A stretch of DNA of 64,000 nucleotides, from the NCBI GenBank assembly GCA_002633005.1, contig NMRA01000057.1, forward strand, positions 1,018,005 through 1,082,004, given 5' to 3'. Below the pieces are notes generated by a model. The model was not told where the DNA came from. It made no database searches and saw only the letters and a list, made by a program, of their open reading frames with translations. The translations under genes were made by a program, and so were the position numbers. Source of the stretch: Phoronis australis. Taxonomy: Eukaryota > Animalia > Phoronida. Every line of letters starts with the position of its first letter. Within the stretch, counting starts at the first letter, position 1. This document shows positions 1 to 11,800 of this stretch, one piece after another.

Positions 1-125
1 TATTCTGATGTTCGCGTCCACCTACTCGGGTATAAGCCCATCTCAAGTATTCATCACTGATGGAGATACAGACACAGATTAATTAAGAGCTTCACTGACT
101 AAATAAATGGTTTATATCATTGCAG

Positions 126-218
126 GTGGCTTTCAAGATAAATTCCGTCATCAACTCGCACAACAAAGATGAGAATATGGCAGACGACATTTTGCAGCTC
201 AATCCTTGCCGCTGGAAA
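126..218 (+). CDS. RSAD2: Viperin (radical SAM antiviral protein) internal exon, VAFKINSVINSHNKDENMADDILQLNPCRWK
   Basis: ttgcag| acceptor and |gtgagt donor, 93 bp, phase 0-0. Matches the vertebrate viperin segment VAFKINSVINRFN...LNPVRWK. Upstream exons, including the CxxxCxxC motif, lie outside the window. Confidence 0.93.
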
Positions 219-1228
219 GTGAGTGTTTCCTGATCTTCTGCAAAAAACGTCATACACGAACCGAAAAGTAATTTCAACGGACACGAGTCCTTACCACGGA
301 GGCCGCACAGCCCTCCGACAAATAAGAGCGCTCTTTGAACTTGCCCAACAACGCCGTGGGATGCCGTATATTTGTTGCGATGCAGTAAACATAAAACAAA
401 TGTGGACCAATGTCATGTTATAGGGATTGCACAGGCGGGCTGTGACATCCATCGCGTCCATCGCATATTGCCGTGGATGTGAGAGATATTGCAATACCGT
501 ACCGATCCACAGTTCCAGCACAGAGTGGCACCGAATGTTAGAAGGAGATCGAGAAACACGCCTTTAGTATCTCGAATGCCCCTCCATGTTTGCAAAAATT
601 AACGCTAACACCAACGAGGCTAGCATCAGACGTGTTTATCATCTTAATCACAAACCTTCTTTCGGATCTCTACCCCGTTCAAATTGCTACAGTATTATTT
701 TGAGGTTTCTTACAATTCAGTGACCCTCCCTCTGATCCTGGATGCGTCTATTCTATTTGCTGCAGATTATCTTTCAACACAGTTGGGGGCGACAATATGT
801 GCCGGTCTCCACTGCACATATTGACGCACTGTCATCATCCGGGCGACACCGTGGGTCGATGTTGACAGCATTATATTGTCGCTCTCGGTAACTATTGTGC
901 CCGCGCGACAATATGTGTCAAGTGCGACAATATCAGCCGATTTCATAAAGGTGGTTTAACAAAACCAGGTTTATGACTTAAATCTTGGTCTTCCTAAACC
1001 AGGTCTAATTTCATACCTAAACTGCATTTCACCAACATGGTTTAAAAGTCTGAAGGCCTTGTTTTGTTAGACCATGACGCTGGTTTAGTAAAACTAGGTT
1101 TAAAGTATCCAAGCCACCCTACTGTGTTGATCCGGCTTAACCCAACAAAGAAACTATTGAAGTCCTTCAATTAAACCTTGATCACGTGGGTACGCAATGG
1201 CATACAGCAGTGGAATCAATGCAGACAT

Positions 1229-1384
1229 TTGCGAAAAAGGGCTTAAAGCTTTTCTCACGAGGAAAAACGTTCCCTCCCATAACTGAACAGAGAAAAGGCC
1301 AATGTCATAGTCCAGAAAAACAAAATTGGTGCCAAATCAAGTCAACGTAAAAAGCAGGCGTGGAGAGATATTGATCCAGAATAA
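1229..1384 (+). pseudogene. Decayed Myb/SANT-like (Harbinger accessory) ORF
   Basis: One frame reads LRKRA*SFSHEEKRSLP*LNREKANVIVQKNKIGAKSSQRKKQAWRDIDPE*. This resembles the Myb_DNA-bind_5 pattern R..F+.eE...L......K..AW..I and has two internal stops. Confidence 0.65.
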
Positions 1385-1788
1385 AGGCCAGGAAGGAAAT
1401 TTCATCAGTAAAAAAAATGCAAAGAAAAACCGTGAGGGACCCAGCTGCAGATCTAAATACATGCGCTCACCTAGCTCGAATTTCTGACGATGTGGAAAAA
1501 ACTGGGTACCACCTTCAGAACTGTGAAGTGTGCGTCTGCACCTTTTTGGTTTTCTGGGACTTCTTGTGTCTCTGTGGAGGGCCTTTTTTGCCAACTTCGC
1601 CAAATGGAGGGCTCGTTCGAGCCCAACGAGCCCCCCTGGTTGCGGACATGAAATATCATGAGGAGATGTTTTTCATTTTGTATTGTCTGTGTTCACACAT
1701 TTAAGTACTTGTTCACGATAAACCGCATCATAGTAAATGCAGGCGTTTATTTCCGTGTCATTTTATTTCTTTGCGGCCAAAGGGGGCA

Positions 1789-1944
1789 CAGGGCGGATCC
1801 AGGAATTTGAGGTAGAGGGACCAGGGCAGAGTATTAGCCAGGACTTTGCCCGTCAGACATTCTCATTGCCGAACTGCCAGATGGAATCTAGGAGAATTAG
1901 GGGGGGGCTATGTCCCCCTTAGCCCCTCTTTAAATACGCCACTG
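1789..1944. mobile_element. Small nested MITE-like insert (cagggcggatccagg...tacgccactg)
   Basis: Imperfect inverted termini and G/C runs typical of short non-autonomous elements. A similar piece lies at ~2128-2280. TSD not resolved. Confidence 0.45.
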
Positions 1945-4030
1945 GGGCAGGACCCCTGCAGGGCAACCTCATATATCGGGGACCAGTTGACATAGAACAC
2001 GGCCAGAATAATCAATCGATGCATTTTAGCCATAAGCTTAGCGCAACTGCGATGATGACGCTCTGCTGAAACGTCATATTCTGAGAAAATAGGAAGGACG
2101 CTTTTCAGTACGTACTGGTCTACGTGTAGGCGGATCCAGAGGTTTAAAGGTTCAGACCTCCTTTTTCTCTTGATTTTAGTGATATCAAATCTATAATTTT
2201 CAAATTGTTGACCCAGGCCCTCCTTTAAAAAATCCTTGATCCGACCCCCCTCCCCTTTAAGAATTCTTAGTCCCCCCTGTTACGTTTGGTCTTGTGTCGT
2301 CCCAAAACTGAATATTTAAAATAGTCCGTTCTCGCTCTAAAACTGCGTCGTAAGTGCACACCACAGCATCATTCAGTTGCACCTATATCGTACAAGTCTG
2401 CCATATTTAACAGTATTAAACCTGGGTCTGACTAAGTCTAAAGTTAAACCTGGTATAAGATCTTAACACAGGTCTAAGTAATAAATACCTCGATGGGGAA
2501 ATGAGAAGTGGCTTAGACCAGGCCTAAACTGGCGTTAAACCAGGTTTTACTAAACCAGTGGTCTAAAAGTTAAACGACCTTAAAGTTTATGAAGTGCAGA
2601 TTATCTTTAAACCTGGTCTAAGTCTAGTTAAAACCAGGTTTAACTTTAAACCACCTTTATAAAATCGGCTGTAGATGTCATAGCAAGAGCAGGATTGCTC
2701 TCCAGAGGATGGTGCAGAACCACGCATGCATGGACCAGCACGCAGGCACAAACAGAAGAACCCACGCCTGTAAAGGATACACGTTTATCTGTTTTGAAAA
2801 CAATTACCATGTAATGAAATTGGCAACCTAAAGTAACTTTTCATTTATAGTGTTCGTTTTTGGCCATAACATGAAGATAAAATTGATGATCAAGATTTTA
2901 TAAAATTCCATGAACTCGAGGTTTTGCAACTTAACATCCACTTTGCTGTATTATGAAGAGAATGAATAGGCCTACACGTACGCACAACATACAAAACATT
3001 CACGAATGGTGGAAAATGATCGAGACTACGTGAATAGCTGGACGTCATAGGATGACGACATTCTATTGAATTGAGTTTGTGTTCTAAAATTTTGAATTGT
3101 CTTTAAAAAGCAGACGGAATCGACATCGTCTAAAGCGTTGTCTGCATGCGAACAGTCGCTAAGTCGGACTGTCTCACCGTGACGTCATATGGGCAATCAC
3201 AGGGAAGTGAACTGGCTAACTGCATAAAGGGTTCTGATCTGTGAGCCCGGCACATTTTTGCTACCTGTGCTTGCGCTCGCCGACTAAAAATGAGAAGAAA
3301 CGGAGAGGAAACACTTTTTACGAGTGAGTAAGAATACCATGGATGGCCAGACTTTTTCGCGCGACACCAGTCCGTTTCATCGAGGTTTCACGACGGACGT
3401 TCGAGAACAAGTTTCGTTGTGATGAGACCCTTACTCGAAAATGTTAAAGCTAAGTTTCTATTCCCGTATGCGATGTTATGAAGAGTTTGTGCAGAGGCTA
3501 ACAGGAGAAGCATTGAGATAATTCAACCTGGCCCACATATTGCGGCGTTTCAATTGTCGGTTGTATTCATACACGTAAGTGGTGAAATTGCGCTCCGGTT
3601 GTGACTGGTTTAGGAAAACAAAAATATCTCTCTGACACGAGTTTCAGTTTAGCACTGAGTGCCCATCTGAATGAATAGTCAACAATTTCTGTTCTCTCGC
3701 CGCCAGCGGCAGGGGTTTTGGAAAGCTAGCTCAGAATTTTATCATAGCAATCCGTGCATGCCTCCACCCAGAAAATTCATTGCGGAAAACCCTCCTTTGA
3801 TTGAAACACATTTCAATTCATTTCACTTCTGCAATGAAAAAGGTTTCCTCCAAGTTTGCCCCTCCTTTCAGCCTTCCTCGGTCATCAACGCACCTGTAAT
3901 TAGCCTACTTCTGGCTAGGGCAGTGTCCGGGTGTTCACCTTAGTGAAATTTATTACGTTTAAGACGTCACACGAGGGAAAACAACCACTGAATTGCCAGC
4001 ACACATTGACATTGTTATTGACCACATTCC

Positions 4031-4692
4031 TTTCATAAGGGTGGTTTAACTTTTAGACCAGTGGTCTATAGTGTAACTTCGTTTAAGAAATATTAACTCT
4101 AGTTTAGATCTGGGCCCGGTCTCCAATCTTTTACTCGAAATGGAACTCGAAATTAGGTTTGGCATTTTCTACTCTACTTTTGGGCAAACTCAAGATAAGT
4201 GTCTATTATTCTATGCTCGAGTACACAATAACTTACGTAGATAATTTATTGCCCTTAGTTCACAATTTGTAAACCCAATATTAAAGCAATAAGTTCGACT
4301 TGAACTCGAAATTTCGAGTTTTTACTCAAGTTTGTAGCACGAATATAAGGGTCTTCAAGGGCAAACTTGAACTAGAAACTTCTATGCATAAACTATAATG
4401 TATTCGAGCACAGTTTGATAACCAATTATCTTAAGTTCGCACAAAAGGAGCAGAGAAATTGCCAAAAATAGTTTCGAGTTCGTTTCGAGTACACAGATTG
4501 GAGACCGGGCCCCGGTCTAAGTAACTTGTCCCATGTTCACCATCGAGGCCTATATTCCCTGAACCTGTACGAAGATCTTAAACCTGGTTTAACTGAAACC
4601 TGGTTAGACTCAGGTTAAACAATAACGCATGTCGGGTTTAATATTAGACCAGGTTTAGGAAGACCAGGTTTTCGTCTTTATGAAATCGGCTG
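4031..4692 (-). mobile_element. Second, shorter copy of the 934-2671 Harbinger-like family in inverted orientation
   Basis: Left end tttcataagggtggtttaac (truncated TIR), right end ctttatgaaatcggctg. attagaccaggtttaggaagacc is close to the reverse complement of the left subterminal sequence of the first copy. Confidence 0.7.
4112..4512. mobile_element. MITE nested in the 4031-4692 element
   Basis: Perfect 18-bp TIR gggcccggtctccaatct / agattggagaccgggccc and internal aactcgaaa/tttcgagtt repeats. It interrupts a tagatctggtctaag motif of the host. Confidence 0.85.
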
Positions 4693-4943
4693 CTTGTGTC
4701 CTGACGGGTGGCAGAGGGTCTCAATCTCACCAAATTATATTGCACGCCGTACACTGAGTCAACTATTTTCACTAATTTAGTTTCTATATGTGAACTACAT
4801 GCCTGAAAACGGAACTAAAAAGTCCCGAAATAACCTGCTAAACTGGTCAATTTTGTTTACTCAAAAGAAATCTTGATAAAGGGAAAGATTTGATCAAAAT
4901 AACCGTGTTTTTGGATGAAAAATAATCAGTCGATTCTCCACAG

Positions 4944-5126
4944 GTGTTCCAATGTTTGCTGATTGGCGGAGAAAACGCAGGTGAAGGAGCTTTGCGTAAC
5001 GCAGAGACGTTCGTCATCACGGATCAGGAATTCAACGATTTCCTAGAAAGACATTCACACGTGTCGTGTATGGTACCCGAAAGTAACGAGAAAATGCGAG
5101 ATTCCTACTTGATTCTGGACGAATAT
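4944..5126 (+). CDS. RSAD2: Viperin exon, [61 protein letters not shown]
   Basis: ccacag| acceptor and |gtacgt donor, 183 bp. Nearly colinear with viperin VFQCLLIEGEN...[18 protein letters not shown]. Confidence 0.96.
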
Positions 5127-5270
5127 GTACGTATATTAACAATAACACAATGCTTACGTCAATAAGATTAAAGATGCATTTCAATCTGTCTAAAAAACGG
5201 AAATACAATTATTCCTTTTACTCTCCTAAAATCGATCCAATCACACTGTTTACCGCTACAAAGGATTCAA

Positions 5271-5700
5271 TGCCGGGTTGCATGAAACAGACCCAAATAG
5301 GGACTCACGTACCAAGCTCGCTAAATCTTTTGCCTGTTTGTGTCTTTGCACGCAGGTGAAAACTTTTTCTATCATTTCATCAATATTATGAGCTTCTCTT
5401 TGCTGAATGAAATTTTCTAATAACTAAAGACTGAGCTCTGAATTCAGTGAAAATAAATAGGAACTTAGTCCTTAAGTTAGGGGCGTTGTAAGAAAAGATC
5501 CCCATGTTTTATTTTCGATAATATTGAGAATTCAACGTCAGGTTCACTCTCGATTTGTATCAACACCAAAAATTAACTTAGTAATGAAACTAAAACAGCA
5601 TAAGAATCAACAATCGATATTTTCACAAGTCCAAAAATACGCAGTAGATTTAGGGAACTCAGTTGAGTCCCTATTTGGGACTGTTTCACGCACCCGGACA
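5271..5700. mobile_element. MITE with long imperfect TIRs
   Basis: ccgggttgcatgaaacagacccaaatagggactca vs tgagtccctatttgggactgtttcacgcacccgg. This explains the mirror-image ORFs (CMKQTQIGT on +, CVKQSQIGT on -). Confidence 0.75.
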
Positions 5701-5771
5701 CAAATTCCCGCATTACCAAGAACACCGAAATCATCAGCCAACTCATATTCGAAAATATGAATGTACCCATG

Positions 5772-5993
5772 GGGCCTTTTCCAGGAAACTGCCTCAAGTT
5801 CATTTTTGACGTAAGTCAAAGATTTGTCTTAACCTTCAAACTTTGGAACTACCACACCCGCCAAGTTAGTCAATTAAGTAAAAATCAGTCAAAGTAAAGA
5901 ATCTTTCTTGAAGCAGACAAATTTAAGTTTATCTTAAAATTAACTGAAATTTAAAACTTGTCTTAGCTAAGTCAGTTTTCTTGGAACAGGCCC
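5772..5993. mobile_element. Harbinger/Tourist-type MITE with 3-bp TSD
   Basis: TIR gggccttttccaggaaactg / cagttttcttggaacaggccc, flanked by atg on both sides. Confidence 0.75.
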
Positions 5994-6775
5994 ATGGCCT
6001 GTGACTTGAGTTGCCGACTCATTCGATATCAATTCAAGATCGGATGAGAGTGGCAATGCTTTAATCTCCAACGCATTTCGTTTAAGAATGAAACATTAAC
6101 ATCTAAACAGAGTCGAAATGCAACTTCAACTTGCCAATCAGCTGCTATTAAAATCCGCTGATCATTAAAAATGCCTTTACCACGTTCAACTAATTGCACT
6201 AAAATAGTCTATGCTGGCACACAAGTATGTACACCTAAATGTCTCAAGTCTTTGAACTAGGGCAGACTCCTTCTTGTCGCACAAAGACAAAGAATCACTA
6301 ATAAATCTGAGGTTTAAAGACTTTTCATATTCTAATCCCCTCCTCAAATTGAGAACCAACTGCAATGTGACGTCCAGAACGAATTATCTATCGTTCAGGG
6401 CGAAAGTGATAACCATATTATTCATAGAAGCCTATTATTATGTAACTGTTTCAATTAGCTGTTTAACTTGTAGCCAGTCAGTTTTAAACTAACAAAATCT
6501 ATTTATGTGCGTTTTTTTTCGTTTTTATACACTATAATTTTGTATTATTGTTTACAGAATTGTGTGTGCATGTCTTTTTCTTTATTTCAATAGTTTTTTT
6601 ATTATTTATTCTTCATTTCTATTGCCTGTAATTTCACATTTTATGTCGCGTTTTGCTTTGTCAAAGTGTCACTGATAACTTATGGTTGAGTCTGGCAATG
6701 TAAACTTGTGTTACTTTATAATAATAATAATGAATTATTCTTTTTCGTAGTTTACTGATTACAAAATACTTTCAG

Positions 6776-6940
6776 ATGAGATTTCTCGACTGCACAGGCG
6801 GCGATAAAAAACCCTCACCTTCACTGCTCGATGTCGGAGTTGCCATGGCGATGAACGCCAGTGGATTTGACGAAAGCATGTTTTACAAAAGAGGCGGTAA
6901 ATACGTGTGGAGCAAAGCCGACATGAAATTGGATTGGTAA
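6776..6940 (+). CDS. RSAD2: Viperin terminal exon, [54 protein letters not shown]
   Basis: tttcag| acceptor, 54 codons plus TAA. Has the hallmark viperin C-terminus GFDE.MF.KRGGKY.WSKAD.KLDW. Missed by the ORF track because it is under 60 aa. Confidence 0.96.
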   Translation: MRFLDCTGGDKKPSPSLLDVGVAMAMNASGFDESMFYKRGGKYVWSKADMKLDW

Positions 6941-9059
6941 TCTTAAGATCTCCGAACAATAAAATGACTCATCTCCGGAGCTTTTGGGTGAAAAAATCTC
7001 GTAATCGAAAGATTCTAACGATGCGAAAGATGAAGAATACAGACCCAATCGACAGCGTTCATAGGAAGGAGTGTACTTCGGCCAATCCGATGCGGAAGAA
7101 CGCAGCAGAAGGAACCGCAGTCAACCACTACTCTACTTCTTATCACGAAGCAGTACACGTGTCTAATATCCGGCGTGTTTTATATTCGATTACTACACTT
7201 TGGTTCTATGAAGCATTCTCAGTGCTATACTTTCAAAGAACTGAATGATTATAATGCGGTCGCAAATTTATTAAATAGTGGACATAAAAAGTGACATCGA
7301 TGAGCGTCCACTTCGTAGAAAAACATTTGCATACGTGACTACATGTATACGCGACTCCTAACCAACAGTGCTCAATTTGTCCTCTGGACGAGTTTATGTA
7401 AAAAACGTTTAGGAAAACAGTCTCATGGTTTGACCATTAATATTAATACATGTGATGCAGCTGGGATGGCGAGGTCTGGGCTACGGCTACAATGTATATT
7501 TCTGATTTTGTAAACTGGTACATGTAAACTTCAGGTAAACAAGTCGTTAGTTACAAATTAAAATTTGATGGGAATATTGCTTCTTTTCATTGCCAGCGTT
7601 GAGAGGAAATGTTCACAGACCTGTCAGCCATGAAATGAAAAATGAGCCAAGTCCAAGAGGTCAACCGATAAAATGAAAACTCATGGATTTAATAAAAGCA
7701 TGAATTGTATTGTCAAACATTATATTCTACAATTCGCTGATAACCACAAGTCAAACCGCTTCATCTCCTATTGACCAATAATGTCAAATACTTCCATAAA
7801 TCTGCCAACAGAGACCGCTTGTTCAGAATGTTAACTTGGTGATCTACACATGGTTAGTGTTATAATTATAATAATACTAATAATTTAATTAAAAGCCTAC
7901 GTTTTTTGCAAATATGCGAACTAGATACAAACTAGCTATGGGTAATTGTTGAAACCCTACTCACTTTAATTTAAATGCACCCAACACTGGAATTTCGAAA
8001 CGTACCCCGAGGGGACTAAAAAGTACTAATTTAACTTGCATACCTCCGCAACTCCCTCATCCAACCTCCCAGCTTCACCACATTGCACAAACCTCATGAG
8101 AGACTTAAGCTAGTAAGCAATAAAACGCATCATCTTTGTTCGCTCATTCAGTACATTGTTATTTCACATCTGCATAGCTATATACACAAGACAGTTTCCA
8201 CAATCTGTGACATCCCAACAATATTATCCTGAAACCCAAACTCTCACCAATCATAAGAATGGTTGCCTAGCAACGGCACGCACAAAGTTACACTCATGGT
8301 CGTTAAAACCACACACAGGGCGAACCTGGAACCTCTTGTGAAAAGTCGGCTCTCCAGAGTTTTCTGATTGAGGGCTTGTTATTCCAAGTTTTACACGGTT
8401 ACCTTGTAGCTCAAATGAAATTCACTGACTGGCCTTGCAGTTAAAACTGTGAAGCAAACTTAATCTCTTGCTCCAAGTCGTCACTTGTCTACCTTCCACC
8501 TCATCACAGTGTGTGGCTTTAAATGACCCACAAATTCGGTTGGTTGCTAGCAATTTAACACCGAGATCAAGCAGTCGTACTGAGCGAAGACCTTCCTGTC
8601 TATATAAACATAATCAATAGCACAGGCCAAATACAAGCCCAATAAAAATCAATTGTTACAAAACCAATCTTCCCAGACAAGGGTGTGGCTTTTAGATTCA
8701 TGTGAAGCACATATTAACTTGTATTACATGACCAGTGTCCTCCCCAATCTAGCATATAACAACCTCAAAGGGATAATAGGCAAATTTACCAAGCACTGCA
8801 CTACAAACTTAAAATCGCACGCAGTTTATATAGTTAGCAGAACCTCTAATGTACCAATACAAGATTAATGATGCCATAATTTGTATAAATGGTAAAACTA
8901 CCGATCAGAATTAATACCAAGTGAACGTAAGTCAGCTGCATGGCTACCTAGTATTGTGCACATCAGAATGGTTGTAATAAATTTGTGAATAAATGAGGTG
9001 ATGAATTTCATCGAAAATGGCCAGTTTCATCAAAGTCGCAGCAAAAAATGGTAATGGTA

Positions 9060-9149
9060 TGATATAACGTGCCCGAATTTTGAGAACCAGTTTTCCCCAC
9101 TAAATAACGGGCATCAAACTGGTTCTCAAAATGCAGGCACATTATATCA
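9060..9149. mobile_element. ~90-bp palindromic mini-element (second copy at 62794-62878)
   Basis: Arms tgatataacgtgccc..ttttgagaaccagttt / aaactggttctcaaaa..ggcacattatatca. Confidence 0.7.
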
Positions 9150-9937
9150 GACTTTTGCCAAAACTAGTACTAAACTGAAAGTATGTCAAAATTTCTCCGT
9201 CTTAAGTGTTGCCAATTTCACCAACTTACAAGTGTTTAACCACCGTGATAAACAGGCGAAATTTCTCAGAAGGCACCATTAAAATAGCATGTGAAACTAC
9301 CATCTGTTAAATTAAACATAACATACCTCAACCATTAGCCTCTTGCACGCAAGATGCTTGCTGACCAGAGACAGTTTGGTAGCTCTGATCATTTTAATAA
9401 GAATCAGACCACAGTGTTATAATTTAGCAAAATAAACATAAAACAATAAATATCTTAGAAAGAATGCGCTCGATTTTACATGACGCGCTTGTTTCGAAAA
9501 CTCACGGCTTTTGCTCAGAGAATGTAACTTCAAGTACACCTGAAAGAGTACCAAAAAACTCACTGACCAGTAAACTCGCTGCACAATTGTACAAAATACA
9601 TCACAAAATGGATAAAAAATCTAAAACATGACATGATTTCAGTTGTTAACATAACTCGCAAGCACGAACAAATTTCTGACGTTCACGCAAAAATATACAT
9701 ATCTACTAGCGCTCCATAACAAAATGCTCATACATGTAGATGTTTAAATCATTGCACAAAATATTCAAGTTAGTTCTGTTTCCAAACCCTAGCAATGCTC
9801 AAAAGGCATGCACTCAACGACCTGTCACCAAATGAACTCTTCAATGCACTCCACCTCAACGAAACCTGAAAAACAGCAAGAACACAAGTTCAACAACTTT
9901 ATGACTACTTGTCCACTGAAAGTTCAGTAGCTTCTAA

Positions 9938-10412
9938 AGGCCCTTTCACACTAACTTAACTCCAGTATGAGCAGAGGGTCAAAGTAAACTACGAAGTTAA
10001 TTGAATCATTCATACTAGGTTTGGTAGTGAACAGCATTGAACTTAACAGTAGGTGAGGCTGTCATCATCGAAGTCATTGCAAAGTAGCGCTGATGAGAAC
10101 ATTTACATATGCTAATTAACATAACTTATTACTAATTCCCCTGATGATTATTCAAGTAAAATATAAGCAATTGTTAGTGATGACACAGTCCTTTAATTGT
10201 TGGGGATAGCACTGGCCCCTGGCGAAAACTTCGATGAGACTGGAGTTGACCGTTCATACCGCACTGTAGCGTCGATGCTACGCTGTTAAATCCACCTGTT
10301 CACTGGGAAATTAACTGGCGCAGCTAACTTCGATACAGGACCGAATTTGACCATTCATGCTGACTACAACTCCTCAAAACCACTAACCATCAACGTTAGT
10401 GTGAAATAGCCT
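9938..10412. mobile_element. PIF/Harbinger-type MITE with TAA TSD
   Basis: taa|aggccctttcacactaac ... gttagtgtgaaatagcct|taa; 18-bp TIR with 2 mismatches. Confidence 0.8.
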
Positions 10413-11576
10413 TAAGAAACAAGGCAAAGGCGAGAATAACAAGATCAATGCAAAACGGTGAAATGTGTGTCCAAGACTATAAATAGTACATGTATCTCCA
10501 GGGTAATTTTATTATCATGTATGAACAAGTCTGAAACAAGGAAACAGCTGCCATCTCCTTATGAGGTAAATTTCGCACACAAGCGAAGAAAAACCGAATT
10601 GTCACCAGGAGACACTACGATACTCGGACCTAACCCAAAATCAGTGTCAGGCAAACTCTCTTCACAGAAATCCATCAATGAACGTAGTAAATATTGAGGC
10701 CAGGCAAAACCGGACTTGCCACTAGGAGGCACCACAGTAATTTGACCCGTCTGACCACATACGTCAGTTGTGATCGTCTCATTAGGAAAACGTGTAAAAT
10801 TTCACAAAATGAAATTAGCTTGAAAAGTGCATAGTACCACATCTCTGAAAATTTCTTTCCCTGTAGGGTAGCTCATGAGGCTTGAATTGACTACTTGCAC
10901 GAATTCGCCATTATACTCGAAAAACGAGGCATTATGACCCAACTACAATGGTTCTGCAGGTTTGGAATTGGAACCCAAATACTTTCACGTTTGCATTGTT
11001 AAAGGTGATGCTAACAGGAGGCATTGTGTCCTAAACAACGATTTTTGCAGCGCCACCAAAGTGTGCAAATAGTGAATGGTAACTAACTGTAGGAATATGT
11101 GACCTTTGACCAAAAATTGTCCAATTATCACACCACCACAGAATGCCACTTTGTAATAAAGCACAATAGACCAAGCAGAGCTTTTGGATTTGGGTCAGAG
11201 AAGCAAAGAAAATTCTAATGTTAAATACACCAACTGAAAAGTTGGTTATTTTGCAATTAGCACCCTCTGGTGGCTTTTTACTGTGTTCATTAAAACTTTC
11301 AGTGAAAGTTGATCCAAAGCAGCATTTATCTCATTATTTCACAGTAGTGGCAATATGCTCAAGTTTATTTCTCAACTATCTTTTGATCAATTCTTACGAA
11401 ACAAAAAATTGAAATATAATACAAAGAACTTCAAATGCGTGTCAGGGATTTTATATAAATTGATTATAACTTAAGTTACTTTGAAGTCGGAATTTTGACT
11501 GAATGTTGTGTACTTGCCAAATCTCAAAAACAAAGTACAAAAAACAGTATGTGACGATGGCTTTATGGTCATAACT

Positions 11577-11800
11577 GTGTATTGGTGACTAAATAAGACT
11601 ATTTGAAGATTTTGAAATCCGTGTATTGGTGACTTAAATAAGACTATTTGAAGATTTTGAAATCCGTGTATTGGTGACTTAAATAAGACTATTTGAAGAT
11701 TTTGAAATCCGTGTATTGGTGACTTAAATAAGACTATTTGAAGATTTCGAATTCCGTGTATTGGTGACTTAAATAAGACTATTTGAAGATTTTGAAATCT
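11577..11800. repeat. Minisatellite, 5 x ~45 bp
   Basis: Unit gtgtattggtgacttaaataagactatttgaagattttgaaatcc. A single unit sits at the equivalent position (16696-16740) in copy B. Confidence 0.92.

Larger units (their letters stand above)
934..2671 (+). mobile_element. PIF/Harbinger-like DNA transposon (deleted, non-autonomous) in a viperin intron
   Basis: TIRs cagccgatttcataaaggtggtttaa / ttaaaccacctttataaaatcggctg, many subterminal aaaccaggt/acctggttt motifs and an internal Myb/SANT remnant. No clean TSD (tat vs tag). Confidence 0.75.

Noticed and set aside
223-423. ORF with faint reverse-transcriptase-like words (RKVIS..SP; NIKQMWTNV)
   Set aside because: It lies in a viperin intron, the motif spacing is wrong, there is no catalytic YxDD, and the similarity is too weak.
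3671-3943. 90-aa ORF, or a possible LINE fragment on the minus strand (WRHARIAMIK)
   Set aside because: No recognisable domain, several stops, and only a vague motif resemblance.
6800-6815. Suspected frameshift in the last viperin exon
   Set aside because: Recounting gives six A's (gat aaa aaa ccc), so the frame is intact.
6907-7248. 113-aa ORF overlapping the viperin stop
   Set aside because: Alternative frame running into the 3' UTR, with no splice or homology support.
11577-11800. CRISPR-like regular repeats
   Set aside because: Head-to-tail units with no unique spacers, no cas genes, and a eukaryotic context.
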